Positions 21,540 to 33,300 of a stretch of 64,000 nucleotides of DNA are shown here, in pieces. The translations under genes were made by a program, and so were the position numbers. The notes under the pieces were generated by a model. The model was not told the DNA's origin. It did no database searches and saw only the letters and a program-made list of their open reading frames with translations. The stretch is from Rhynchopus sp. YZ270_cl-10. Taxonomy: Eukaryota. Within the stretch, counting starts at the first letter, position 1. Every line of letters starts with the position of its first letter. The stretch spans positions 1,488,001 through 1,552,000 of the forward strand of contig OZ037842.1 in NCBI GenBank assembly GCA_964035575.1, given 5' to 3'.

Positions 21540-23711
21540 ATGAACGTATACATTATCCGCCATGGTGAAAGAGAAGACCGTGCGGCGAACACGCTGTATA
21601 TGGGAGGGAATGACCCTGCCCTGACTGCCGAGGGCCTGCAGCAGGCGCAGCTGACCGGGAACAAACTGCGGGGTGCGGGGATCGACTTTGTGCTGTCGTC
21701 GCCGTTTCAGCGCACTGTGGAGACTGCGGTGGAGATCGCTGCGGTACTGGGCCTGGAGGTGGGTGTCGAGAACGGCCTCTCCGAGGTCCTCCTCGAGTCT
21801 ATGTACACCTGCGACCCTCTTACACCTAACTATGCCAAGAGACGGCGCCCTGAATGGCTTGCCGCATACATCTCTGACACATACTCCTCCGCACACGAAA
21901 TGCCGCGCTACCCTGAAGTCGAAAGCGCTGCAGTCCACCGCTGCCTCAACACCTTCTATATGTTGATCGTAAACTGCGTCAAAGCCAAAATGAAGAAACG
22001 GAGACCAAAAGGATACCACTGCGAGCCTACCCCACCTCTGAACAGCCGACGCACCGTCAACATTGTAGTGGTCACGCATGCTTTTGTAACGGAAACTATC
22101 GCACGCCATTTGGTGTCGTATTCGGCATCATCTCATCGAGGCGCCCACAGCTTTGAAGCACACTCTGTTACTGGAAGTGGCGGAGCTCTTAGCGTTCTGA
22201 ACTCCACAAGCGTGACATCTATGAAGGATTCGCTTCTTTCTGTCCCTGCTGTCGCAGCACCACAGATTCCTACCTGCAGCATCTGCCACTTCTCGATCGA
22301 CTCTCTAGGGAGCTTTGTGAACGACCCACCACCAAACTGCTCACTTTCCTCCTTCAAGTGGACAGTACACGAACTCTGCGACGTGGCTCATCTGCACTCT
22401 GCCCCAGCACAGCGTGTCCGTAAGCAGCAGCGTCACCCCTCTATTGCGACTGCATCGGATCTGCACGACTCAGCAAGCTGTCCACGTACCCCCCAAAAGG
22501 GTGACGCAAAGGACGCATTGGGGGTTCGCCGTTTGCACAAAAAAATGCGGACGTTAACAGAATCGCAGCCAATTGAACGGATCATTCAACTTTCGCAGAC
22601 AGAGGTAAAAAAGAAATGCTCTGATTTGAACATCGCAGTGCGACGGCATGAGGAGTTGATTAAAAAGCAAAGTCTCCTGATTTTGCGGCGAAACCTTCAA
22701 GTATCCAAGACTGCGCAAGTGATGGTAGGATGTGCTCCCCTATTTACCCGAATTTGCGGTTTTTTGGAGTCATTTGAAATAAAATCTGTAAACAATTCTT
22801 GTAAAAGCTTTGCATTTTGTTTGGGAAATGAAAGGTTCGCCCCTCACGTTCGAATGTGTTTGAAGAAGCTGCAGAGGGGGGCCGACCATCCCCCTTTACC
22901 GCCTCCGTCAACCACCCCACACAGCGAAAGGCTTACTGCGCAGTACACTTCAGCGTCGTTTTCGCAGTACCATTTGGACGACTCTTCGCAACCGCTGTTA
23001 AAATCATCGAAATCGTCGTCGGACCCTCCGCCAAGCCAAAGAGGAAATCTTGTTTACAGCGCTGCACCGGATCGTCCTCAAGCTAGAACCACATCCCATT
23101 CTTCGGACACCGGATCGCCTCATCCTGTTGCAATCCCGCTTCTTCTTCGTCTTGATGTTTCTGATGAAAGCTCTGAAGTTTCGCGAGATGCAGCCGACTT
23201 TACCCCTAAAAGAGAACGGTTAAGTCGGACACCTACACGACCCAAACCTAGACCTGCAGAGTTGCGTGATGTGCTACCATCGGGGTTTCATGTCTCCCCT
23301 CCAGGAATCATGAGGGAAGCGGAATTGAACGTTGCTAGTCTGCCTAGAGCAAAGAGCAGGATGAGTGGGATGGGGAGTGAAACGAAGGTCAGACCTTTGC
23401 GGGAGTACCTGCCGCAGGAGAGGAAGGTGAGGACGGATTTGTTTGGGGGTGCGTCACCAGAGCAGGGTGGTGGGGGTGGTGGTGGTGGCAGTGGCAGTGC
23501 GCCCTCCACCATCGAAATGATTGTGAACAGTGACAACCTTTCGAGGTGTCCAAGGTGGGATGACAGTGTAGGATGCGCACTATGGCGCGACAGCGTTGTC
23601 CCTGCACCAAGAACCAGCCCCACCTCTGCAGACCTCCAACCCGGAATCCCACAACCCACTCTTCAGCAACGCCTTGCAGAAAGAATTCACCGTTCCGTTC
23701 TCTCTCCTTGA
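21540..23711 (+). CDS. Histidine phosphatase (phosphoglycerate mutase-like) domain protein, 723 aa
   Basis: IIRHGERED, LTAEGLQQA, SSPFQRTVETA and VVVTHA motifs. Long S/P-rich C-terminus. Confidence 0.9.
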   Translation: MNVYIIRHGEREDRAANTLYMGGNDPALTAEGLQQAQLTGNKLRGAGIDFVLSSPFQRTVETAVEIAAVLGLEVGVENGLSEVLLESMYTCDPLTPNYAKRRRPEWLAAYISDTYSSAHEMPRYPEVESAAVHRCLNTFYMLIVNCVKAKMKKRRPKGYHCEPTPPLNSRRTVNIVVVTHAFVTETIARHLVSYSASSHRGAHSFEAHSVTGSGGALSVLNSTSVTSMKDSLLSVPAVAAPQIPTCSICHFSIDSLGSFVNDPPPNCSLSSFKWTVHELCDVAHLHSAPAQRVRKQQRHPSIATASDLHDSASCPRTPQKGDAKDALGVRRLHKKMRTLTESQPIERIIQLSQTEVKKKCSDLNIAVRRHEELIKKQSLLILRRNLQVSKTAQVMVGCAPLFTRICGFLESFEIKSVNNSCKSFAFCLGNERFAPHVRMCLKKLQRGADHPPLPPPSTTPHSERLTAQYTSASFSQYHLDDSSQPLLKSSKSSSDPPPSQRGNLVYSAAPDRPQARTTSHSSDTGSPHPVAIPLLLRLDVSDESSEVSRDAADFTPKRERLSRTPTRPKPRPAELRDVLPSGFHVSPPGIMREAELNVASLPRAKSRMSGMGSETKVRPLREYLPQERKVRTDLFGGASPEQGGGGGGGGSGSAPSTIEMIVNSDNLSRCPRWDDSVGCALWRDSVVPAPRTSPTSADLQPGIPQPTLQQRLAERIHRSVLSP

Positions 23712-24911
23712 AGGTAAAAAAAATGGTCTTTTTTTTTCAAAAAAAAAAAAACTCTCAAAAAAATTTTGCACCTTTTGGTGCATTTAGATTGGGTTAGGGT
23801 CGGGAGGGTTGTTGCATCGTGCACTTTCTGATAGTATTTGTAACCATTAATACATCAAAAGAAAGATACGCAAAAAAAATATACGAGAACAGCGAGCATT
23901 AGAGGGGGGGAGGGCAGATCATAGATAAAATGAAGAAATGTAAGCCAAAAATAAATTTTCCCAGAAGAGCGTGCTCTTTTGGGGGGGCTTTTTTTTTTTT
24001 TTGTTAAAAACAAGGCGCGAAGAAAGCTCTTGCTTTAGCGGGATTAGGTGTTCAGATTTTTTTTTGTTTTTTTTTTGTTTTTTAGATTTTCCGCCGGCAG
24101 AATTACATGACGGTACCTCAAACATGAATATCATTTCAGGCGAAATTTCCTTTTTTGCAAAAACCTATACTGAAATAATTTTGATCTCTCATTACGAAGC
24201 ACGCAACTAGAGTTGTTCTTCATTCCATATTTTTTTGTCTTTTCGCGAACCAAAAAATAATACCCCGCTCTCAAAAAAAGGGGATTCTTGTGTGTACATA
24301 AACCTTCGTCGTTTGTTTAGGTGACTAAGCACAGAGAGGCCTAGGTTCATCTTCTAAATTTTTCCTTTGTTTTTTTGACAAATGATGTTTGTGGATATTT
24401 CAAACAGAAATGCATTGGAAAAGAAAGAAAACGAAAATGAAAACGAAAACGAAAACCCGGTATGTCAATTGCCTTGTAACAAAGTGGATTTGTCACAATG
24501 GCTTAAACCCCTCCCACCACCACACAACACCCTACGCCAAAAAACAAATCTATTCATTAGAAATAATCTGTTTTTTTCTTCTCCCCCGCATATGATTAAG
24601 TTTTTGATAAGGGAACAGATACGGTGTGTGCCCGCAGGCTTGGTAATATTTTTTTCTACATTGCCTCACACCATATCTTCAGTTAAAAAAAAGGACGCAA
24701 AGAGCTTTTGCGGTGCAACAAATGTATGACAGCTCTTTGTTTTTCTTGCCTTTTTTTTTAAAATAGTTCCCTGCGTGATCGTCGTCCCTGATCGTCGTCA
24801 GGCGGTTGAGACGTTTTGCACTTTTCAACGTTTCTTTATTTTCTTCTTTTTCTTTGTTTGGGTACATTTAGTACACCCTATTATACCTTCTATTCAGTAG
24901 AATAGTTAGTA

Positions 24912-25011
24912 CCGTATTCGTAAATATGTTCGACCGTAATAAAGTTCGTCATTTTCCGGATTTTTCTGGAAGTTCGACACTTTTTACGGTCGAACATATT
25001 TACGAATACGG
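24912..25011. mobile_element. Tc1/mariner-type MITE (100 bp), CCGTATTCGTA family
   Basis: Perfect 28-bp TIR CCGTATTCGTAAATATGTTCGACCGTAA with TA TSD. Confidence 0.9.
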
Positions 25012-25828
25012 TATATGAAACAATTCTTTTCTTTTTCTTTCATCACATCGGATTCCATCTCGACACAATATCCCGTGAGGGCATTATTCGTCGCTTTTGA
25101 AAAAAAAAATGATTAGAGACACTATCCGGGAAATAATTCCTTATGTCTCTAGCAGCTGACCGCTCGAAGAACAGCCGATGGACTATGTCAGGAGGACTAC
25201 TGGTAGTGCTACTTAGTCCAAAGGATTAGTGTTACACCAGTAATATTACTACGTTTAGTCGTTATCGACTAGTAGTTTCATTAGGTTGTACCTCTTTTTT
25301 TTTTTTCTCGTCTTCCACAGAAAGGCGTGCTAAGCTTTCCTCAGAGGTGAGTGGTTCTGTTCTTCGTTTAAAAAGGTTGGTTGATTTGAAGCTGGGGGAT
25401 CTTATAAACTTCTTCTTTTTTTCGTAGCCAACAGGCTGCCACTATTTCTCTTGCTTATGAGGCGTAAAAGAGACGGAGTTCTGCTCATTTTGAGCTTCTT
25501 AAGTTCCCCCTTTTCCATTTTTTTTTCTCTTTCTTCATGAGGCAATTAGAGTTACGCCTCTTTCCCCCCCCCCTCCCATTTATTCACCCCATATTTTCTT
25601 CCCCTCCTCCCCCCCAAAAACCCACCATCTGTTGTAGCAAAGTGGACTATTTTGCCCACCCATATCCTCTCTCTCTCTCTCTCTCCCCCTCATACCTGAA
25701 TTTTTTTGTTCTGCTCTCCCGATCCTCCCAACGACCCTGTCCTGTTCACATCCTTCCCCTTCCCCTTTCCCTTCCCCTCCCTCTCCCCGCTTCAGAAAAA
25801 CCGCGTTCAAAGAGAAAAAAAACACACA

Positions 25829-26770
25829 ATGGAAGATGGGATTATGTACCTGAAAGGGTTGAGCCCTGTTCAACAGGCCTTGGCTGGAACGTTGTTCACA
25901 TGGGGTGTGACTGCACTGGGCGCTGCTGTGGTGCTCATTGAGCCTCTTCTCCCTGGATCAGACGCAAAAAGGCAGCAGTTCCTTGATCTTTGCTACGGCT
26001 TTTCTGGCGGGGTGATGCTTGCTGCGTCGTACTTTTCGTTGCTGGCCCCGGCGGTTGCAATTTCAGAAAAAATTCCGTTCTATGCGGACACCACTATCGT
26101 ACCACGTCTTGATGGAAACGGTGGCATTAATTTAGTGTTTTTGCCTGCAGTGGTAGGGTTTTTAGTGGGAGTCCTCTTTGTGTTGCTTGGGGACTGGTTT
26201 GTTGCACGGTATCTTGACAAGAAGGACGTCGGGTTTTCCAAAAAGAACGACGACGAATCGATCCAACTTGCCGCAGAATTGAAGGCAAAGCGAACCTCGT
26301 GGAGGAGAGTGCTGCTTCTTGTTGCTGCTATTACTATTCATAATATTCCTGAAGGAATGGCCATTGGAGTGGGCTTTGGTGCACTTGGTGGCAAATCCTG
26401 CGAGCTTTTGGGGTGCTCCTTCTCTGATGCATTCAACCTCGCAATTGGTATCGGTCTTCAGAACTTCCCCGAAGGCATGGCAGTGTCGCTTCCTCTTCGC
26501 AGGCAGGGTGTTCCCATCTCCACATGTCTCTTCTACGGTCAGCTAAGCGGAATGGTCGAACCCATCGCCGGAGTCTTAGGAGCGCTGTTAGTCACCCAGC
26601 TCGAGCCCATCCTCCCGTATGCGATGTCTTTTGCCGCAGGTGCTATGGTCTTTGTCGTCATTGATGACCTCGTCCCCGAAAGCCACCAACACGGAAATGG
26701 AAGGATTGCAAGTCTCGGATGCGTTTTTGGATTTCTCCTGATGATGACGTTGGACCTCGCGTTGGGATGA
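25829..26770 (+). CDS. ZIP-family metal transporter, ZIP11/GufA-like (313 aa)
   Basis: FSGGVMLAASYFSLL, ITIHNIPEGMAIGV, IGLQNFPEGMAVSLPL, SGMVEP, SFAAGAMVFVV motifs; multiple TM segments. Confidence 0.95.
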   Translation: MEDGIMYLKGLSPVQQALAGTLFTWGVTALGAAVVLIEPLLPGSDAKRQQFLDLCYGFSGGVMLAASYFSLLAPAVAISEKIPFYADTTIVPRLDGNGGINLVFLPAVVGFLVGVLFVLLGDWFVARYLDKKDVGFSKKNDDESIQLAAELKAKRTSWRRVLLLVAAITIHNIPEGMAIGVGFGALGGKSCELLGCSFSDAFNLAIGIGLQNFPEGMAVSLPLRRQGVPISTCLFYGQLSGMVEPIAGVLGALLVTQLEPILPYAMSFAAGAMVFVVIDDLVPESHQHGNGRIASLGCVFGFLLMMTLDLALG

Positions 26771-27394
26771 AATTGGATGGGAGGCATTTTTTTGTGTCAT
26801 GTTAAAAAAAAAAATGTGGACAGAAAGAAAAAGACAGTGGAGATTGCACAACTGTGGCAACACAACCCGAGGCAACTATACTACTCCAACAATTTATCAA
26901 AAAAAAAGAGGAGTTTTTGTGTTGACAACGTAAGAGATGAGGAAAAAGAGAGTTTCTCAATTACTTTTGATGAAACGGAAAAAAAAATAAATAATATTGT
27001 TGCATAATATGTGGCAATAATGAGAATAAATGTGATTACGAAAAGGAGAGGTTGTATAATAAAAAACGCACACACAAACACACCCCAATTATTCCCATTG
27101 TCAAAAATGGTGAAGCTAACAACAACGACAACAAAAGCAGATTTTTTTTTCTTTTCTTCCCTTTCTCCCAACCCAACCCACCCATATAAATCCTGCCACA
27201 CAAAAACCCAGAGAAAAGCACACCCTACACAATACCCCATTTCCCCCCCCTCCCCTTTTCTTCCCTCCCTAACCATAGCTCATAAGTAGAGTTGACAGGG
27301 GGGGAAGGGGTTAGTCCCCATCCCCCCCGTATACCCCCCGCCATATTTTTTTCTTTTTTTTTTTCGTTTTTTTTTCCCCTCCCCTTTTGTGGGG

Positions 27395-30300
27395 ATGAAG
27401 CTTTGTTGGTTTATTGTGTTATGTGCTGTGGGTGGGTGGGGTGCGGTTTCACCAGGGAGTTTACCGGCGCCGGTGTTTCCGGCGGAAGAGATCGTTCTGA
27501 ATCGAACAGCGGTCTGCAGTTTCTGCTGGTCCAAGCATAACTCTGCATGTGTTGTAGGGATTTCCGCGGAAAATATTGATCCTTTTCCCTACTCAAACTC
27601 CGTGGTAAATGCCTATATTTGCGCTTATAGTGGAACCGACACTATGCCATCTCAAAATATCAGCTTTCTCTTCGACCCAACGGAGGACTCCTGCTCTGAA
27701 ATACCACACTCCTATTTTTGCCCGGTAGGTGTTCTTAAAAATGCGTGCTCTTCGTGTATTTTAAGAGAGCAAAGCAAAGGGGGGGCGGCGCCGTGTATTG
27801 ATGTAGACAGCTATGTACGGACCAAAGAAAACTATTGTTTGGAATCCTCGATTTATGAGTGTGAGGATTATGTGTTGGGGGGAGGGATTGCGGGGTTGTG
27901 GTGTGGTGCGCAGTTTTACGTTGACTTTGAGTTTGCGGATTTGCGGGGAACAAATTTAATAGAAAGCGTTCGCGCGCAGATTGCCGGATCCGAAACAGAG
28001 TTTCCTAGCCTGCCATTTACGATGCCAGAAGAACGAAGATTCCCATTCATATCTGACGCAGAGCTCGAATTCATTGATGATGCTTGCACCGCCACAATAA
28101 ATTACGACCCACAAGAAATCGTTCCCCTCTACGGGCAAATGGTGCCAGACTTTATCGGAGATGAAAGGGGGTATTGCTTGAATATCGTCTCATTTCCAGG
28201 CTTATCCGTTGTACCTTCAGGTGAAGGCCTCTTGGCATGCTCCGCGAGAGTAGGCTTTTCGATTTGGTGTCCGGACTATAGAATGTTCACGTTGTACACC
28301 CTTGGTGTGGGGATGAGAAGTCCTAGCTCATTTCCGTTGGAGATAGAGTTTGGAAACCGTGGGGAATATGAGGAGTGGTTCGATGAGGACTATCTTCTTA
28401 TCGACAATGGGGACGGGCCAGGGGAGGTGCCGGAATTGCATACGAATGACCTTCATTTTATAGCAGGGGGGTCGAATTTTGTGGCAAAGAATGTGTATGT
28501 GGATCGGTCCGGGGGGGTGTTCGATACGTACCCGAAAGTGGCGTATGAGACGGTGTTGGCGAGTAACGATGAAGGGTACCGTATCGGGCCGGTGCTGCCG
28601 CAGAGGGTTGCTGGGGTGGCGTGCAGTAGTGTTGCCCTCATTGTGCTGAACATGGCGCTTTGCAGTACCGGAGAGATCTTTACCATCACACCTCTTGACC
28701 ACACTTCAAGCATGATCCTCTCCGAAAATGACAGCAATTTCATCTTCTCTGATGCAACCACAAAGACCAAATACCAAACCACCTCCCTCATCGGCGTTTT
28801 AGATATGTCTGAAATCCAACTGGACAACACCTTCTGCTGGAAAAGCCGAACACAAAAGGTTCCCCTACAGACTCCGGTGGACGACGACGGGGAAGACGTT
28901 TATCGTTGGCATTTCAATGACAACATTCTGAGACAAGCACGGCAGTCATCACCTAATGTGAAGTCAGCAACTTGGAGAGGAAATGCGGACACTATTCAGT
29001 TAGTTGTCGTGACACGGGATAACTGCGTTGTTGCATATGATGTGGAAATTGATGGTGGCAGTCTACAGCAGGAGAGACACATCGTGCATTCGGGAGCGAT
29101 ACGGGGGGAGGTAGTTGGCCTGAGCAAGACTGAACGATTTGTCTATGCATACAATAAGACCTGTGTTTGGCGGTACCTTGCTTATGGTGAGCACTACCCT
29201 GTCCTGCAACAGAATTATTTAACCTTCTTCGCAGTCGGTCCTGCAGGAGACCCTAAGCCCCCTGCCCTCACCATGACGCACCCCAACAAACGTCCCCTCT
29301 CTGGCAACGTTTTCACGGTGCCGATCCTGCACATCCAGAAGATCTTCCCCATTGCTCGCGACGATGCTTCCGACACAGCAGATATCTACATGGTAGTGAA
29401 ACGCTTTGGCCTTCCCGCACTGTGTACAGGCTGCCCAACAGAGGAATACACAGTACTCTCCGAGGTCATGATGAGGACAGAGACGGATGTCATATTCAGG
29501 GTAGGGCAGAGGAAGTTGAACTTCAGCTTCGCCGATACAGACCTCAGCAGTGCTACGCCCATAGTGGATATCTGTGTGTCCGAGCACAACGTTCTGAAGC
29601 TTGAGTCCAGGCCGCTAAGCGGCGGTGGTACATTTGAGGGTGTTGTCGCGCAAGAAAAGGAGACCGTGCTGATCATGGCGTTAGACAACGCGCTCAAAGC
29701 GTTTAAACTCCGCGATGGAACCACCCCGGTGCTTTTCGCAAAGCTGTACTTCCCAGGCGGGGTGACGCCCGTCTCGGTTTCGCTTGCATCCGAGGTGATA
29801 GGGAATTTGCACTATCAAAAGATTTTTGTTGGTCTCCACGACGGCTTTTTGGTGTATCTCCGCACGCTACATGAATTAGAATCGAATGATTCTCCAGACT
29901 TCACTGGGTCATACATTTTCGTTGGCGGGACCCTTACTAAGGTGCCTTTTGTCGAATTTTACAACGACTTCGATGACTACGAGACAAAGAACTTTACGGG
30001 GCATGGTTCATCACCCTGGGAGGGTTCAATGGTGATAGATCAAGACCAATATGCCCCTGGGTACGGCACGAAGAACACCGACGCAATGCCTTACCTGAGT
30101 GCAACACCTCACGACTTCATCGGTGGCGCAGTCTTCACGGGCACCACAAACGTCATCGCTTACTTCTCAAACGGCGTTGTCACCATCTTCAACACAAAGA
30201 TCAACCTTTCCGTCAAAACCATCGCCCTGCGTACAGGCAATGGCGTTGCTGTTGTGTGGATGCGCTTTCTCTCCTCCACCCGCCTCATTGTATGTTCTTT

Positions 30301-33300
30301 GTGCACCCACGGCGCCTGCCCTGTGGATGACAGTTTAGCGGCGGTGGTGCACATTGACTTTCCATATTCAAACCCAAGCGTTGATGGCGTTATGCTAAGC
30401 GACGACGACAAACGCACACACTCTGTTTTCACTGCCGCGAATGGACTGTCCCAAGCATTTAACGAGGTAGATGGATGCCAATTCTGCTCCGACCTGCTCG
30501 CACTGTGGAGCATGGACCCTTATGACGGCCCACTGCTTTATCTCTACGATCTGCGCACCCTTGACTTTCTCCCTTTCCCTTCTGAATCCGGAATCGGTCT
30601 CCCCCTCCCAACAGATGCAATCCGCAAAGAAGGTGGCGGTGTCTTCATGGGACCATTTCTCGTCATAATGGGAAGCACTCAACTGTACGTCTATAATGTG
30701 TCAAATGTGGAGTATCCGCACAATTTGTATTCATCGTTTAATGTTCCAAGCGCAGAGGAGCTGACAACAATGGATGCCAACGATGTCGCAGCGAGGCAGA
30801 AGGACCTGATGCGGCTGGATGAGAACTACGCGATAGAGTACCCTTTTTCTACGGCGGAGTTTATTCCGACGGGGATTTGGATGAAGAGAGTTCAGAACTT
30901 TTGGATGGGGCAGAACCTCTCTAATAGCTACGACGCCGTTATCGTACGAAGCACTGCCGTAAGCCGCGACTGCGTAGAAAACTGCGACATGCTACAGGTC
31001 TTCCGCATGGAGCACGTCGACAGCCGTCTCTTCGACAACCCAGTAGGCTCGCTCCGCTACTCCTCCGCAATAAACGCACACCCCCACTTCGCAGAGAACT
31101 ACCAGCGCGGCATTTACCTCCCCCTCCACGTCCCCACCCTCCACGGCGTGGAGGAATACTTCATCGACATGACAGTAGTAAACGCTACCCTCAAACTCAC
31201 CCCCATCAGGGTCATGTCCAGAGAGGTCGTGAGCGGCGGAACCTTTTCCTCAATGACCACCGTCTCATTCGATTATTACGCAAACCGGATGCTTACAGTG
31301 GGCTTCACTGGAACGGGGTTTCAACGATTCGACAAAAGCTATCTCTTATGGGACGCAGCGCACAATGGTTTATCGGACGGTGTGATAGGGGAATACAAAA
31401 TATCCGAATCGCGCTGTTCATTTACCGACTCCAACAACAACGCGAGGATGGAGGCACTTCATTTGGAGATGCAAAACCTTGAGGGCCAGGTTCCGGTTAA
31501 CTTTCAAGAGGGCGGGGCATGGAATTGGGCGTTCACGGCGCCATACTGCGGGAAGGCACCACGGAAGGTCGAACAAACGCTGTTTCTCCAGGGCGGCGGG
31601 ACAGACGACGTCCTAGAGTTCAACCTCCTTCTCTACAGCGAAGGTGGGCGCATCGCCTTTCTCGATGCGGACGTCTTCCTCCCCGGCCTCACACAGCAGC
31701 GCCACGCACAGGATGAACTCCACGAGGTCGCGCGCCTCTCCTATTCCAATGGAGCCAGGCGTCTCTGTGGAACCTGCAGCAGCGGTGGTGCCGTTGCCTC
31801 GCGTGACGATGCGTTATCCCTAGCGTTTGGCGTAATAGAGCTGAACAATCTGTACTCCTTCTCATACCAAAGACAGGAGGCAATGTTCGACAACATTGCA
31901 GTAGAGAACGACAAGAAACGCCGTGCCGGAATGGAAGACGACGTCATTCTTGTTGAGCGCCCTGCTGTCAACCGCCGCTTTAACAATGAAATGACCAACA
32001 CCTTTGAATGGTTCCAGGTCATCCACAAGACAAACGCACAAGAGACATTACCAACTCGAGGCAAGCTCCTTGTCGCATCTACAGGCTTCCACCTCTACCT
32101 CTTTGATATCCGCAAAGTGAACCAAATGTGGCAGGCCTACTCCAGCACCATACAGTCTTATCAAAGAACGCTCATGCAAGACCCAGAGATGTCCGCCATC
32201 TTGCAACAACTGAACCTGACAGAGCCCCCGGCTTTGTCGGACTTCTTCAAAACGAAGGGCCTCTTTGAGCGGTTTCAGAGTCTCTATGAGGGTTTTGATG
32301 CTGAACAGAATAAGTTTTTGAACCACCCTCCCATCCTGCAGCCGGTGGCTTCTGCAAAGCTGCCGAAGCTGCATCTCGCGGAGGCACATGAACTGCAGTA
32401 TCTGCACCTCGTGCAGATCAAGCGTGACCTGGTGTTCCACCATGCGCTCACAAACGATGGGGACAGCAGCTACACGCTGTACGCAACGTGGGGGCCGCAG
32501 ATGAGTGTCTTCCCCGGTGCGTATCGCGAGCTGAACTCCTATCACCGTGTCTCAGAAGCATTGCTCGAGGGCGCCGCAAAGAACCTTTACATCTACAAAA
32601 TATCCTTCGGCAATGAAATCACACAGCTCAGAGCAGTGCCGCTGATGAACGTAACATACTACCAGGGTGCATTCTACAAGAGCAAAGTGCTTATTGTGCT
32701 GTCCTCGCGTCCGGTGGAGAGTGTGGGTGGGGGTGGTATGGAGGGATGTGCGAATGCACAGAGCGAGGCTGCGCAGGAGAATTTGTATTCACTAAACTTC
32801 TTCACGGTGTTCAGCCAAAAGGTAGGCTTTCAGGGGCAGCTGCCGATCGAGCAGGCTAAGATCTTTCCGTTCCTTGCGGTGCACACAGCGTTGATAGAGG
32901 CGGGCGATGAAGGCGCCTCGCCTTTGGACGACATCCTCTCACTCGATGTGTACGAACAGAACTACTACTACACAGTCAACTTCAGCAAGGTGCTGAGCGT
33001 GGCGGTCCACAAAACACACCTCTTCGTGCACTTCCAGATGATGCTGATCCCTAGCCTAAAGGACGCAGCAGGGTCGCAGATGCTTCTCCCCCCACGGAAC
33101 TGTGTGATGGAGAGCATACAGCTCTTCAAGATTCATTATGACTTCAAATCGCACACCCTTGGGGAACCATCCAAAACACCTACCCTCACGTACCTGATGC
33201 GGGGGGACATTACCCGCAGGATCTTTGATTATCCGATGTCTGCAGACAATGGGAAACGGATTGGCGCGGACATGAAATTCAAAAGCCGTACCAAAAGCAA

